64,000 bases of DNA, from assembly GCA_965263355.1 (NCBI GenBank), contig CBDHHL010000032.1, forward strand, positions 800,001-864,000, given 5' to 3'. The notes under the pieces are model-generated. The model was not told where the DNA came from, did not search any database, and saw only the letters and a program-made list of their open reading frames with translations. This document shows positions 47,983-57,092 of this stretch, one piece after another. Position 1 is the first letter of the stretch. Every line of letters starts with the position of its first letter. The DNA comes from Leptolyngbyaceae cyanobacterium (GTDB taxonomy: Bacteria > Cyanobacteriota > Cyanobacteriia > Phormidesmidales > Phormidesmidaceae). Position numbers and translations under genes: made by a program.

Positions 47983-48330
47983 TCAAATGTTCGATTTTTC
48001 GTCCTGCGCAAAATACTTTACCAGCACCTTCATCAACTCCCCAGGCTTACACTGCAAAGGTCGCTCAGGAGTAGGCGCAGGCATAAAATCAGTCCACTCA
48101 AAAACTTCAGCAAACCCACACATATGCAATGTCTGCACAATCGCCTGTACAGCCTGCTTAGAACCAATCACCAGAAGTTTAACCGGCTCCTTATCCTCCT
48201 TAGGAAAATTCCCAAGCCTCTGCTTAATTTCAATACTGACCACCACATCAGCCTTACCACCAGCAACCTCTGAACCAACGAAAGCACTAGGATTTCCCAC
48301 AACACACCCTCCAAAATAATCCAGCACCAC
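47983..48330 (-). CDS. Cyanobacterial hypothetical protein divergent from the XRE regulator
   Basis: LLVIGSKQAVQAIVQTLH..GFAEVFEW...PGELMKVL, recalled as a recurring cyanobacterial family. Confidence 0.7.
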   Translation of the reverse strand: MVLDYFGGCVVGNPSAFVGSEVAGGKADVVVSIEIKQRLGNFPKEDKEPVKLLVIGSKQAVQAIVQTLHMCGFAEVFEWTDFMPAPTPERPLQCKPGELMKVLVKYFAQDEKSNI

Positions 48331-48400
48331 TTTAGTGTCACATATGAAACGTTAGCACATGTGACACGGTTTGCAGCTCATCCTTTGAAATGATGAGGAC

Positions 48401-48634
48401 ATGGGCAAAGCAGGCGATACCCTGAAACAGGTACTAGATAAATACGACATCACCCAATACCGCTTCGCAGCAACGATGGGGGTTGAGCGCACCAGCGTCG
48501 CCCGTTGGTGTAAAGGCAAAATCGACCCAACTGGCGACTCAATCATCGAAATCGTTCGCACCCTAAAAATCCTCAATCAGGATGCGGCCACTGAGTTCGT
48601 AACTACATACCTGGGCAGCGAATTAGATCCGTGA
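48401..48634 (+). CDS. XRE-family helix-turn-helix regulator
   Basis: MGKAGDTLKQVLDKYDITQYRFAATMGVERTSVARW..GKIDP. Confidence 0.9.
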   Translation: MGKAGDTLKQVLDKYDITQYRFAATMGVERTSVARWCKGKIDPTGDSIIEIVRTLKILNQDAATEFVTTYLGSELDP

Positions 48635-48978
48635 GCTAAATCTGTGAGCTAAAAAGTAGGGGCTAATTCAATCAGACTTTGCTATGAAAATTTTCAAGCA
48701 GTAGCATGTAGCGTCTCAAAATAGTTCATTTGAACTTGTGCCAATTCAGTGTATTTGCCTTCAATCCACTCAAATTTCCTGTATGAAAGCCGTTCACTCA
48801 AAAAAGTACTGCTTCCCTTACAGAGAAAGGATTTCAGGTATTTTTACTCTTAAAAAATTCGGTACCCAAATGGGTAATTAGTCCAAAAGCCTATACAATT
48901 ACTGGACGACTACGCAGAGGGCAAAAATTAGCTCAGAATTAGCTCACTAAATTTTGGCTAAACCCTCAAACCCCCACT

Positions 48979-49065
48979 GGAGAGGTGGCAGAGTGGTTGA
49001 ATGCGGCAGACTCGAAATCTGTTATGGGCTTCGGTTCATCGGGGGTTCGAATCCCCCCCTCTCCG
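48979..49065 (+). tRNA. tRNA-Ser(CGA)
   Basis: Acceptor GGAGAGG/CCTCTCC-G, anticodon arm GCAGA-CTCGAAA-TCTGT, long variable arm, T arm GGGGG-TTCGAAT-CCCCC. Confidence 0.96.
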
Positions 49066-49523
49066 TTTAATAGTAAGGCATTTAGCCTTTGACAATAACC
49101 TGAGAAAAGCGTCCTTAACGCAGCTTTTTTAAGCTGCAAACAGGTGATTGATACCCTGTTATGGGTGCCGTTCCAGGGCACGCTTGAGAAAGCAAGAAAA
49201 CTACATAACCCTTTACATGTAAAGGGTTAACCAACAGCTAAAAAAGGTAAGTTTACGCAGCGTCAGGGAAACTCTATATCCGAGGCAAGGCTGAGGATTT
49301 GTTTCCGCCTAAACCGGGGGAACAGAAACAGCAGCGTAGTGAACTGACGCTGCAATGTAATGCTTTGATAGCAGCGCTCAAGGTAGCGAAAACCAAAAAC
49401 TCAGGAAATAGATAATCAGCATTTGAAGGGAAAGCAGAAGCTAGTGCAAACAGTGGCAGAGTGGCTCAGGGTGAGATCGCATCCCCAAATCAAACCACCG
49501 TTCAAAGGGGTTCATACCTCTAA

Positions 49524-50318
49524 TCAATTAGTCGTTTTTATTCGACAGAGATAATAAAGCCATAAATCTGAACTTATTAAAAGCGTATCCATATCCAAAA
49601 CCTTCTCCGTACTTTGCCATGGATAAATTTCCACCTGGTTAAAATCTTTAGAAAGCTGTTTAATCTGTTGCGCGGCACGGATATAGTAAGTACTCAAACG
49701 AAAATTATGGGATTCATCACGGACGATTAGATGATCCGCTTCAGCCAAGGTTGCCCGCGTCATGGGACGATTAAATAACCAAAACAGACCCAGCATGACT
49801 AAGTTTTCATAGGTCTTGAGAGGATTAGAGCCAATCTGCTTTTGCCAGGTGAGTTCGTTTTCTAACGCCTGGAGGTTATGACTAGAAAAGAAAAAATAAC
49901 AACCTTGTTTACCCACTCGCTTAATCTCTTGGAAAATTTTCAGCCTATCTTGGTGGGAAACGTAATCAATACCATTGAAGCTAAATAAAATAAAGTCAAA
50001 CGAGTTGTTGCCAAACTGACTCAAATCTCTGGCATCAGAGACTTCAAAACTCATAGAAGGGGCCAGTTTACCAAACCGTTTTCGGCAGGCTGCCACCATT
50101 TCAGGCGAATAGTCAATCCCAATATATTGTTTCACCAGGGGGGCAAAATGCTGTGCTGTGCGACCACCACCTACCCCCATATCCAACATTTTCATAGTTG
50201 GCAGCTGGTCCCGAAGCCGCTCTAAAAGAGCAGCTTCTGCTGGCTGCAAGCGATTAAGTTGTGAATAATATCTGACAATATCTGCGGCAGCGTAAGTGGT
50301 TGAGTTTCTATCACCCAT
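49524..50318 (-). CDS. Class I SAM-dependent methyltransferase
   Basis: MLDMGVGGGRT, GIDYS, DAR and FDFILFSFNGIDY. Confidence 0.9.
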   Translation of the reverse strand: MGDRNSTTYAAADIVRYYSQLNRLQPAEAALLERLRDQLPTMKMLDMGVGGGRTAQHFAPLVKQYIGIDYSPEMVAACRKRFGKLAPSMSFEVSDARDLSQFGNNSFDFILFSFNGIDYVSHQDRLKIFQEIKRVGKQGCYFFFSSHNLQALENELTWQKQIGSNPLKTYENLVMLGLFWLFNRPMTRATLAEADHLIVRDESHNFRLSTYYIRAAQQIKQLSKDFNQVEIYPWQSTEKVLDMDTLLISSDLWLYYLCRIKTTN

Positions 50319-50567
50319 GAAGGCCATCGTGGCTAAGATTACTACGAACACCCATGGCAACCTCTTTTGCACCCTGGCAGATATGGCAATGTGTTACATG
50401 CCATAAATTACGCCACCCACAGCTGCTGTAATCTCAAGCGTTTAGCGATCGCAAAAAGCTATGGACAGAGCGCTACGGAAGACAAAAAAGGGATTGCCAA
50501 ACAATCGATTGTGAATTTTGTGTAAGTAGTGATGAATAGCCTGAGGCTTTGTGGAAGCGATGCTTAA

Positions 50568-53480
50568 CTAAGCTTCGTATGCATCCATGGGAAGACAGGA
50601 ACAAACCAGGTTGCGATCGCCATAGGCCTGATCAATCCGATTAACCGTAGGCCAGAACTTACGCTCCTTGGTCCACTGGGTCGGATGTACCGCTTGCTCA
50701 CGGCTGTAGGGCCGCTCCCACTCTGCGGTCAAGTCAACCGTCGTATGGGGTGCATTGACCAACGGATTATTATCCTGGGGCAGCTCACCCGCTTCGATTT
50801 GACGAATCTCATCGCGAATAGCAATCATCGCATCACAGAAACGGTCTAGCTCTGCCAACGACTCACTCTCAGTGGGCTCCACCATGATGGTGCCCGCCAC
50901 CGGCCAGGACATAGTAGGCGGATGAAAGCCATAGTCAATCATGCGTTTAGCAATGTCATCCACATTCACATTGGCCGAATTCTTAAAGCTGCGTAGGTCA
51001 ACAATACATTCGTGGGCCACCAGCCCCGCATTGCCCTTGTAAAGGATGTCGTAATGCCCTTCCAACCGCTTAGCAATGTAGTTAGCGCTAAGAATCGCTG
51101 TCTTAGTGGCATGGGTCAGACCAGTTGCCCCCATCATCTGAATGTACATCCAGGAAATCGGCAGAATACTGGCACTGCCCCAGGGCGCAGCGGATATGGC
51201 CCCGACGGACTGCTCAGTGCCCAGGGTGGGGGTGAGGCTATGGCCCGGTAAGAACGGTACCAGATGCTGTTGTACACCGATGGGACCAACGCCAGGACCA
51301 CCACCACCGTGGGGAATACAGAAAGTTTTATGGAGGTTCAGATGGCAGACATCAGCGCCAATGTCCCCAGGGCTGCATAGACCCACCTGGGCATTCATGT
51401 TGGCCCCATCCATATACACCTGGCCGCCATGGTGGTGAATCAGGTCACATACCGTGCGAATAGTGGCCTCAAATACCCCATGGGTAGAGGGGTAGGTGAT
51501 CATTAAGGCAGCTAGATTATCGCTATGCTTCTCCGCTTTAGCCGTTAAGTCAGCCACATCGATGTTGCCATCGTCGTCACACTTAACACCCACCACTTTC
51601 ATCCCAGCCATGACAGCACTGGCAGGGTTAGTACCGTGGGCCGACTGAGGAATCAAACAAATATTGCGATGCTCATCCCCCCGTGCCTGGTGGTACTGAC
51701 GAATGACGAGTAATCCGGCATATTCCCCCTGAGAACCAGCATTGGGTTGTAACGAAATGCCAGCAAACCCGGTGATTTCAGATAGCCAGGTTTCTAGCTG
51801 CTCAAATAGCACCTGATATCCTTTGGTTTGATCCAATGGTGCAAATGGATGAATCTGACCAAATTCGGGCCATGTCACCGGCATCATCTCAGCAGTGGCA
51901 TTTAGCTTCATGGTGCAGGAACCAAGGGGAATCATGGCGGACGCCAGGGACAGATCCTTCATTTGTAGCGCGTACATATAGCGCAGCATCTCGGTTTCTG
52001 AATGATAGCTATTAAAGACCGAATGGGTGAGGTACTCGCTAGTGCGGACTAATTCTGTCGGAATAGTGGGCTCAGACGCAAGCATTTCTACGGCTGGCAT
52101 TGGTAGTTCACCAGCAAACACCTGCAGCAGTTGCACCACAGACTCAGGGGTGGTGGTTTCATCTAGGGAAATGCCAATGGTGGTGGCATCGATGCGGCGC
52201 AGGTTAATGCCTTGGATGAGGGCGCGATCGCAAATCTCCCCGGCCTGCTCCCCAGCATCCACCGCCAACGTGTCAAAAAATGGTGCTTCAGGCAAACCAA
52301 AGCCTAGCTTACTCAGCCCCTCGGCCAGCACAACGGTTAGTCGGTGCACTCGCGTAGCAATTGCCTTCAGACCTGCCGGGCCGTGGTAAACCGCATACAT
52401 ACTGGCCATCACCGCCAGCAGTACCTGGGCCGTACAAATATTGCTTGTCGCTGAGTCCCGCCGAATGTGTTGTTCGCGGGTCTGTAGCGTCAGTCGCAGT
52501 GCCGGTCTGCCCTTACTATCTTTGGATACACCGATCAGACGACCCGGTAACTTCCGAGCATAGGCGGTCTTGGTGGCAAAGTAGGCCGCATGGGGGCCGC
52601 CATAGCCCAGGGGCACACCAAAGCGCTGGGTATTGCCCACTGCAATATCTGCCCCCATCTCCCCTGGAGCCTTGAGTAATGTCAGACTGAGTAAATCTGC
52701 TGCCACTGTCACCAGGGCACCTGCCCCGTGGGCAGTCGCAATTACATCGGTATAGTCGTGAATTGCGCCCGTACTGGCTGGGTACTGCAGCAGTAAGCCA
52801 AATAAAGGCTGACTAAAATCAGGGGCATCACTAACAACGACCTTGATGCCTAACGGCAGGGCACGGGTCTGAATTACCTCAATGGTCTGGGGATGACAGT
52901 CCGCCGATACCCAAAAGATTTTGGCCTTTTTGGCATCCTTATTTTTGCAAACCCCCAAACTCATGGTCATGGCTTCAGCGGCAGCGGTACCTTCGTCTAA
53001 AAGCGATGCGTTGGTAATTTCCAGCCCTGTTAGGTCGCTGACCATGGTCTGATAATTGAGCAGTGCCTCTAAACGGCCCTGGGAAATTTCTGGCTGATAA
53101 GGAGTGTACTGGGTGTACCAACCAGGATTTTCTAAAATATTGCGCTGGATGACGGGGGGCGTGATGCAGTTGTAATAGCCCAGGCCGATATAGCTGGTGA
53201 GCACCTGGTTTTGGGTTGCGATCGCATGAATGCTCTGTAAAGCCCCATGCTCACTCATTCCCTCACCCATAGATAGGGATTCAGCTAACCGAATTTCACC
53301 TGGCACCGCAGTATCAATCAACGCAGATAGATCGTCATAGCCCAGCGCACTTAGCATATAGACAATGTCCTTGTCCGTCAGACCGATGTGGCGTTGGGCA
53401 AAATCATTGGGCACGGCTAACTCATTAGCCCAGGTGGTAGAAAGGGTTGCAGACATCGGTTCAGACTTTTCGTAGGACAT
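50568..53480 (-). CDS. gcvP: Glycine dehydrogenase (decarboxylating), P protein
   Basis: [42 protein letters not shown] and [10 protein letters not shown]. Confidence 0.98.
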   Translation of the reverse strand: MSYEKSEPMSATLSTTWANELAVPNDFAQRHIGLTDKDIVYMLSALGYDDLSALIDTAVPGEIRLAESLSMGEGMSEHGALQSIHAIATQNQVLTSYIGLGYYNCITPPVIQRNILENPGWYTQYTPYQPEISQGRLEALLNYQTMVSDLTGLEITNASLLDEGTAAAEAMTMSLGVCKNKDAKKAKIFWVSADCHPQTIEVIQTRALPLGIKVVVSDAPDFSQPLFGLLLQYPASTGAIHDYTDVIATAHGAGALVTVAADLLSLTLLKAPGEMGADIAVGNTQRFGVPLGYGGPHAAYFATKTAYARKLPGRLIGVSKDSKGRPALRLTLQTREQHIRRDSATSNICTAQVLLAVMASMYAVYHGPAGLKAIATRVHRLTVVLAEGLSKLGFGLPEAPFFDTLAVDAGEQAGEICDRALIQGINLRRIDATTIGISLDETTTPESVVQLLQVFAGELPMPAVEMLASEPTIPTELVRTSEYLTHSVFNSYHSETEMLRYMYALQMKDLSLASAMIPLGSCTMKLNATAEMMPVTWPEFGQIHPFAPLDQTKGYQVLFEQLETWLSEITGFAGISLQPNAGSQGEYAGLLVIRQYHQARGDEHRNICLIPQSAHGTNPASAVMAGMKVVGVKCDDDGNIDVADLTAKAEKHSDNLAALMITYPSTHGVFEATIRTVCDLIHHHGGQVYMDGANMNAQVGLCSPGDIGADVCHLNLHKTFCIPHGGGGPGVGPIGVQQHLVPFLPGHSLTPTLGTEQSVGAISAAPWGSASILPISWMYIQMMGATGLTHATKTAILSANYIAKRLEGHYDILYKGNAGLVAHECIVDLRSFKNSANVNVDDIAKRMIDYGFHPPTMSWPVAGTIMVEPTESESLAELDRFCDAMIAIRDEIRQIEAGELPQDNNPLVNAPHTTVDLTAEWERPYSREQAVHPTQWTKERKFWPTVNRIDQAYGDRNLVCSCLPMDAYEA

Positions 53481-53704
53481 TAAGGGCGCCAAAGCGGCCA
53501 CAAATCAAAGGCTACTGTTAGCCAGCTTATTACCAGCTAACGACAGAAGCAAAAGCCACCAGGGTACGTCTGATGGCTATAAATACTTATTCTTACCTAT
53601 TTCTTTAAGGATTTCACTTTCAATTCATAACCAGTCCTTGCTCAAATCGGCTCAATTTATCCCAAAATCATTGATAAACAAGCAATACAATAAACAGGCA
53701 GCGG

Positions 53705-53748
53705 GGGGCCGTGTAGGGACATTGCATGCAATGCCCCTACACGGCCCC
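53705..53748. repeat. REP-like GTAGGG palindrome
   Basis: GGGGCCGTGTAGGG-A-CATTGCATGCAATG-C-CCCTACACGGCCCC, 44 bp with one mismatched pair. Confidence 0.75.
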
Positions 53749-54140
53749 TATGTGCCTTCGACCTGTTCAGCATATTCCTCTGCGGTCATCGTATCGTCAT
53801 CGATATTATCCAAATCATCGGCCTTGACTTTGATTAGCCAGCCGTCACCGTAGGGATCATCAGCAATTTGCTCTGGAGAATCCAGCAGCTGATCATTACG
53901 TTCAAGCACCTCACCATCTATGGGAGATTTCAGATCCTCTACCGCCTTGACAGACTCAATGGTGCCAAACGTTTCACCAGACTCTACGTTGTCACCTAGC
54001 TCTGGCAATTCTAAAAACACCACATCACCCAATTGGTCAATGGCAAATTCTGTAATGCCGATGGTGACAATATCACCGTCGATTCTCAGATACTCGTGGG
54101 TATCGGTGTACTGCAAATTGTCAGGATATTCAAAGGCCAT
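53748..54140 (-). CDS. gcvH: Glycine cleavage system H protein
   Basis: YTDTHEY, GITEFAIDQLGDVVF, lipoyl site ESVKAV, DPYGDGW. Confidence 0.97.
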   Translation of the reverse strand: MAFEYPDNLQYTDTHEYLRIDGDIVTIGITEFAIDQLGDVVFLELPELGDNVESGETFGTIESVKAVEDLKSPIDGEVLERNDQLLDSPEQIADDPYGDGWLIKVKADDLDNIDDDTMTAEEYAEQVEGT

Positions 54141-54433
54141 GGGGGTTCCTCAACAGGTCCATAACTTGTGAACAATAAGCTGTTACTGAATCATTTATCA
54201 GCAACACCAACAATGAGCCGCCCAGTGCCTGTGATCACAAGCCTTAAGCATGCTGCTCCCTGATGGATAGCATTCGTTGATGAAAGTTTGCCACGGAAGT
54301 TGGACCAATAGATAGGGGGGTTAGACTTTTTTCCCGGTTTTTATCGGAAATTTTTGCTAACTTGCCTTAAAAAAACATTGATGCCATAAACTAACCGCAG
54401 AACGTATGAGTGATCCAATTCCCTCGGCAATCC

Positions 54434-55264
54434 ATGGCAAATTTCATTGACGATATTCCTGAAGCTAGGCGCGAAACCCTGATTACGAGTACCGAACCAG
54501 CAGCCAAGTCTTCATCAAGCGTCACACCCTGGGTGCTGTTGGGGCTTGCCATCTTAGCAGTAGGCGGGATGGGCATCTGGTGGCTGAGACCCACCGCCCC
54601 CCAAGCAGATATCCCTGAGGTTGAGCCAACTGCTACCGCAACGATAGACTCTGCTGTGGCTGCAGAAGCCACTGAGGGAGCAAAAACAACCAACGTAAAT
54701 CTTGAAAACACCTCAGATAACGCCCCCACGAGCAGCTTGGGTTCTACTGAATCAAGTACGTCGGACAGTCTTTTGGGTCATCGCCCCTATCCAATTGCTG
54801 ATATTAATAATCTGATTGCCCTATCGACCAATTCTATGGTCCTACTCAAGCCCGAAGTTGCTCAGAAAGTAGAATTAATGATGGCTGACGCCGGGGCAGT
54901 GGGTGTGCCTTTGGACGTCATCTCTGGTTTTCGTTCCTTGGAAGATCAACGATATCTGTTTTTTGATCTCAAAGCAGAGCGGGGACAGACGCCCCAGACT
55001 CGGGCCGAGGTCAGTGCCCCTCCTGGATACAGCGAACATCATACGGGCTATGCCGTCGATTTTATTGACCCGTCTCAACCGGCCACTGATTTAAATGCCT
55101 CCTTTGAACAGACCCAAGCCTTTCGCTGGTTAGACGAAAATGCTGCCTACTATGGCTTTGAAATGTCATTTACTAAGGACAACCAACAGAATGTTGCCTA
55201 TGAACCCTGGCACTGGCGCTATGTGGGTAATCAGGAAAGTTTAGAACTGTTTTATCAGGATTAG
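54434..55264 (+). CDS. D-alanyl-D-alanine carboxypeptidase (VanY, peptidase M15B)
   Basis: ISGFRS, SAPPGYSEHHTGYAVD and EPWHWRY; N-terminal TM helix. Confidence 0.92.
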   Translation: MANFIDDIPEARRETLITSTEPAAKSSSSVTPWVLLGLAILAVGGMGIWWLRPTAPQADIPEVEPTATATIDSAVAAEATEGAKTTNVNLENTSDNAPTSSLGSTESSTSDSLLGHRPYPIADINNLIALSTNSMVLLKPEVAQKVELMMADAGAVGVPLDVISGFRSLEDQRYLFFDLKAERGQTPQTRAEVSAPPGYSEHHTGYAVDFIDPSQPATDLNASFEQTQAFRWLDENAAYYGFEMSFTKDNQQNVAYEPWHWRYVGNQESLELFYQD

Positions 55265-55332
55265 TGGGCTGTCAAAGTTTAGAAGTTTGGGTTGGTCGGT
55301 GAGTTGTGAATCGTGAACAGTTTTTCAACTTA

Positions 55333-56351
55333 ACGCATTATGTGAGTCTTCTCTAGCTTAGGTTAGGAGTGTGTTTCTGAAAGGTCAGCACATCAATATC
55401 AAAGCGCTTTCGTAACAGGAGCCTTAACGTATGGCTAGCCATCTTAGCCGCCACATGGACACACAAGCCTATTCGTGTTTTCCTGAGCAAGTTCTCCAGA
55501 TGTCGTCCCGTATTTTGGACCTCATGAAAGACGCCTTCAATCCGCTCTCGGAAATGTCCTAACAACCGTGCGAAGGCAGGTGGAGTTTGCTCATGCTGAT
55601 TATCTCGTTTGACGGTAAACACCCGGTTTCCAGTTGTTCTAGAGATATCCGCTTGCCAGTCATCGCCAATAAACCCTTTGTCGGCTAGGATGTCACACCC
55701 GGAGACAGCCGTCAGAACGGCTTCGGCTGCTTCACGTTCATCAGTGTGAGCGGGCACTAACGCATACACCACTGGAATACCGTTCAAGGTACTCAAAACC
55801 ACCAGTTTGTAGCCAAAATACTTCAGGTTTCGACTGGCACAATGTCCATAACTGGCACTCCCGAGAAAATCACTATGGCGCTTGCTTCGCTTATAGCCAA
55901 TGACAGGGACGGGCTTGGTATCAAGGAGCAACGTCGTCTCAAAGACTCCGTCGAGTTCCTTTACCCAGAATCGACGCATTTCTTCGAGCATGGCTTCTAG
56001 ACGACGGGCACGTCGATTGAACTGACTTTGGTCCAACAAGTTGGGAAATAGGCTCAAGTAATTTGCCCGAATAAATCCCAGAAACTGCGTCTCTCCAGGA
56101 AACGGAAAGTAATCCATCGCCAGCAGTAAGGTTAATATCTCGCTCTCACTGAACGTGGGTTGAGGTCCCGGTAACTTAGGCTTGAGTTGATGACCATAGG
56201 CTTGATACCAATCATCGACCAGTACAAAGATAATCGTCAGCAGGGTCGGGGCGTCTATCATAGTCATGAGGAGGCATCAGGCTTTGGTGTGGTTACCAGA
56301 TATCTTGATATCTCCTCGCCTATTCGGCGATTTTTAACTCACATAATCCGT
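55333..56351. mobile_element. IS982-family insertion sequence (~1019 bp)
   Basis: Terminal inverted repeats ACGCATTATGTGAGT (55333-55347) and ACTCACATAATCCGT (56337-56351), 14/15 match. No clear target duplication. Confidence 0.88.
55353..56267 (-). CDS. IS982-family DDE transposase
   Basis: SQFNRR, LLDTKPVPV, YFGYKL, ADKGF and RERIEGVF. Confidence 0.92.
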   Translation of the reverse strand: MTMIDAPTLLTIIFVLVDDWYQAYGHQLKPKLPGPQPTFSESEILTLLLAMDYFPFPGETQFLGFIRANYLSLFPNLLDQSQFNRRARRLEAMLEEMRRFWVKELDGVFETTLLLDTKPVPVIGYKRSKRHSDFLGSASYGHCASRNLKYFGYKLVVLSTLNGIPVVYALVPAHTDEREAAEAVLTAVSGCDILADKGFIGDDWQADISRTTGNRVFTVKRDNQHEQTPPAFARLLGHFRERIEGVFHEVQNTGRHLENLLRKTRIGLCVHVAAKMASHTLRLLLRKRFDIDVLTFQKHTPNLS

Positions 56352-56645
56352 ATACTTTAAATTCTATACTAAATCGGGTTTGACTTTGCTCAGTTCTCTA
56401 ATAATGGATCTGAGGATTAGATTTTATTGATTTCTCTGTCCTAGGAGTGAGGGTTTAATAACTTCTGCAATTTCGTTTGAGTTGAGGCAAAGTGAGATAT
56501 CCTTTCTCTTCCCGAGAGGGGAAAAATCGGCACATTATTAAATTCCTGATTTGATTTTAGTCAAAAGTGTTAAGGATTTCTTGTGCGAAGGCAGTCAGAA
56601 GCTTCAGCACAAGTTCTGAATGCTAACGCTGACAACACTATTTTT

Positions 56646-57008
56646 TTACTGAACGTCAGATCCTGGAGTTGGCAGGGTAATTGTCTTATCCACTTCAACA
56701 GAGTCTACACCAGTGACTTCAGAGAGTGAAGACATTTTATCTGAGTCAATTGAGCCGGTAACAATACCGAGGGTGGACATCGTTTGAGCCACATCTAAAC
56801 CAGCTGCTTTTAGCTGGTCAGCTACCTGATCAATCTGTTCTAGATGGGCATCATCGATTGAGATTGTTACTTGTACCTTGCTCATATCTACTCCTGGGGT
56901 TGTATTAACAACGTCTGAGCCATCAGGCGCACAGTCCATCAAGCCCACGGCTAAGATGACAACAAGAAACCAGCGAGTTAGTTTTCTAAGCCACCTAGAG
57001 TGTCTCAT
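56646..57008 (-). CDS. Small subtilase-associated protein (propeptide/I9-like), with possible signal peptide
   Basis: Core MSKVQVTISIDD..QLKAAGLDV..LGIVTGSID..VTGVDSVEVD. Start either 57008 or 56885. Confidence 0.7.
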   Translation of the reverse strand: MRHSRWLRKLTRWFLVVILAVGLMDCAPDGSDVVNTTPGVDMSKVQVTISIDDAHLEQIDQVADQLKAAGLDVAQTMSTLGIVTGSIDSDKMSSLSEVTGVDSVEVDKTITLPTPGSDVQ

Positions 57009-57092
57009 AGTCTTAAGGCCATTGTGGATCTTTGCCAAGAGTAACGCAAAGATCCACAACGAACCTTTAAATGAGCATTTAAACGGACATCT

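Larger units (their letters stand above)
42581..49065. mobile_element. Genomic island/remnant bounded by tRNA-Ser(CGA) direct repeats
   Basis: tRNA duplication, AT-richer cargo with no HIP1 sites seen, TA pair, parA fragment, XRE regulator. No integrase in the window. Confidence 0.75.

Noticed and set aside
47950..48576. Alternative ORFs overlapping the XRE and hypothetical pair
   Set aside because: They overlap better-supported genes on the opposite strand
49301..49329. GTTTC...GAAAC 29-mer resembling a cyanobacterial CRISPR repeat
   Set aside because: Single copy, no spacers and no cas genes; better explained as a hairpin
54141..54400. Glycine riboswitch upstream of gcvH/gcvP
   Set aside because: No GGAGA...CCGAAG...CTCTCAGG aptamer motifs found
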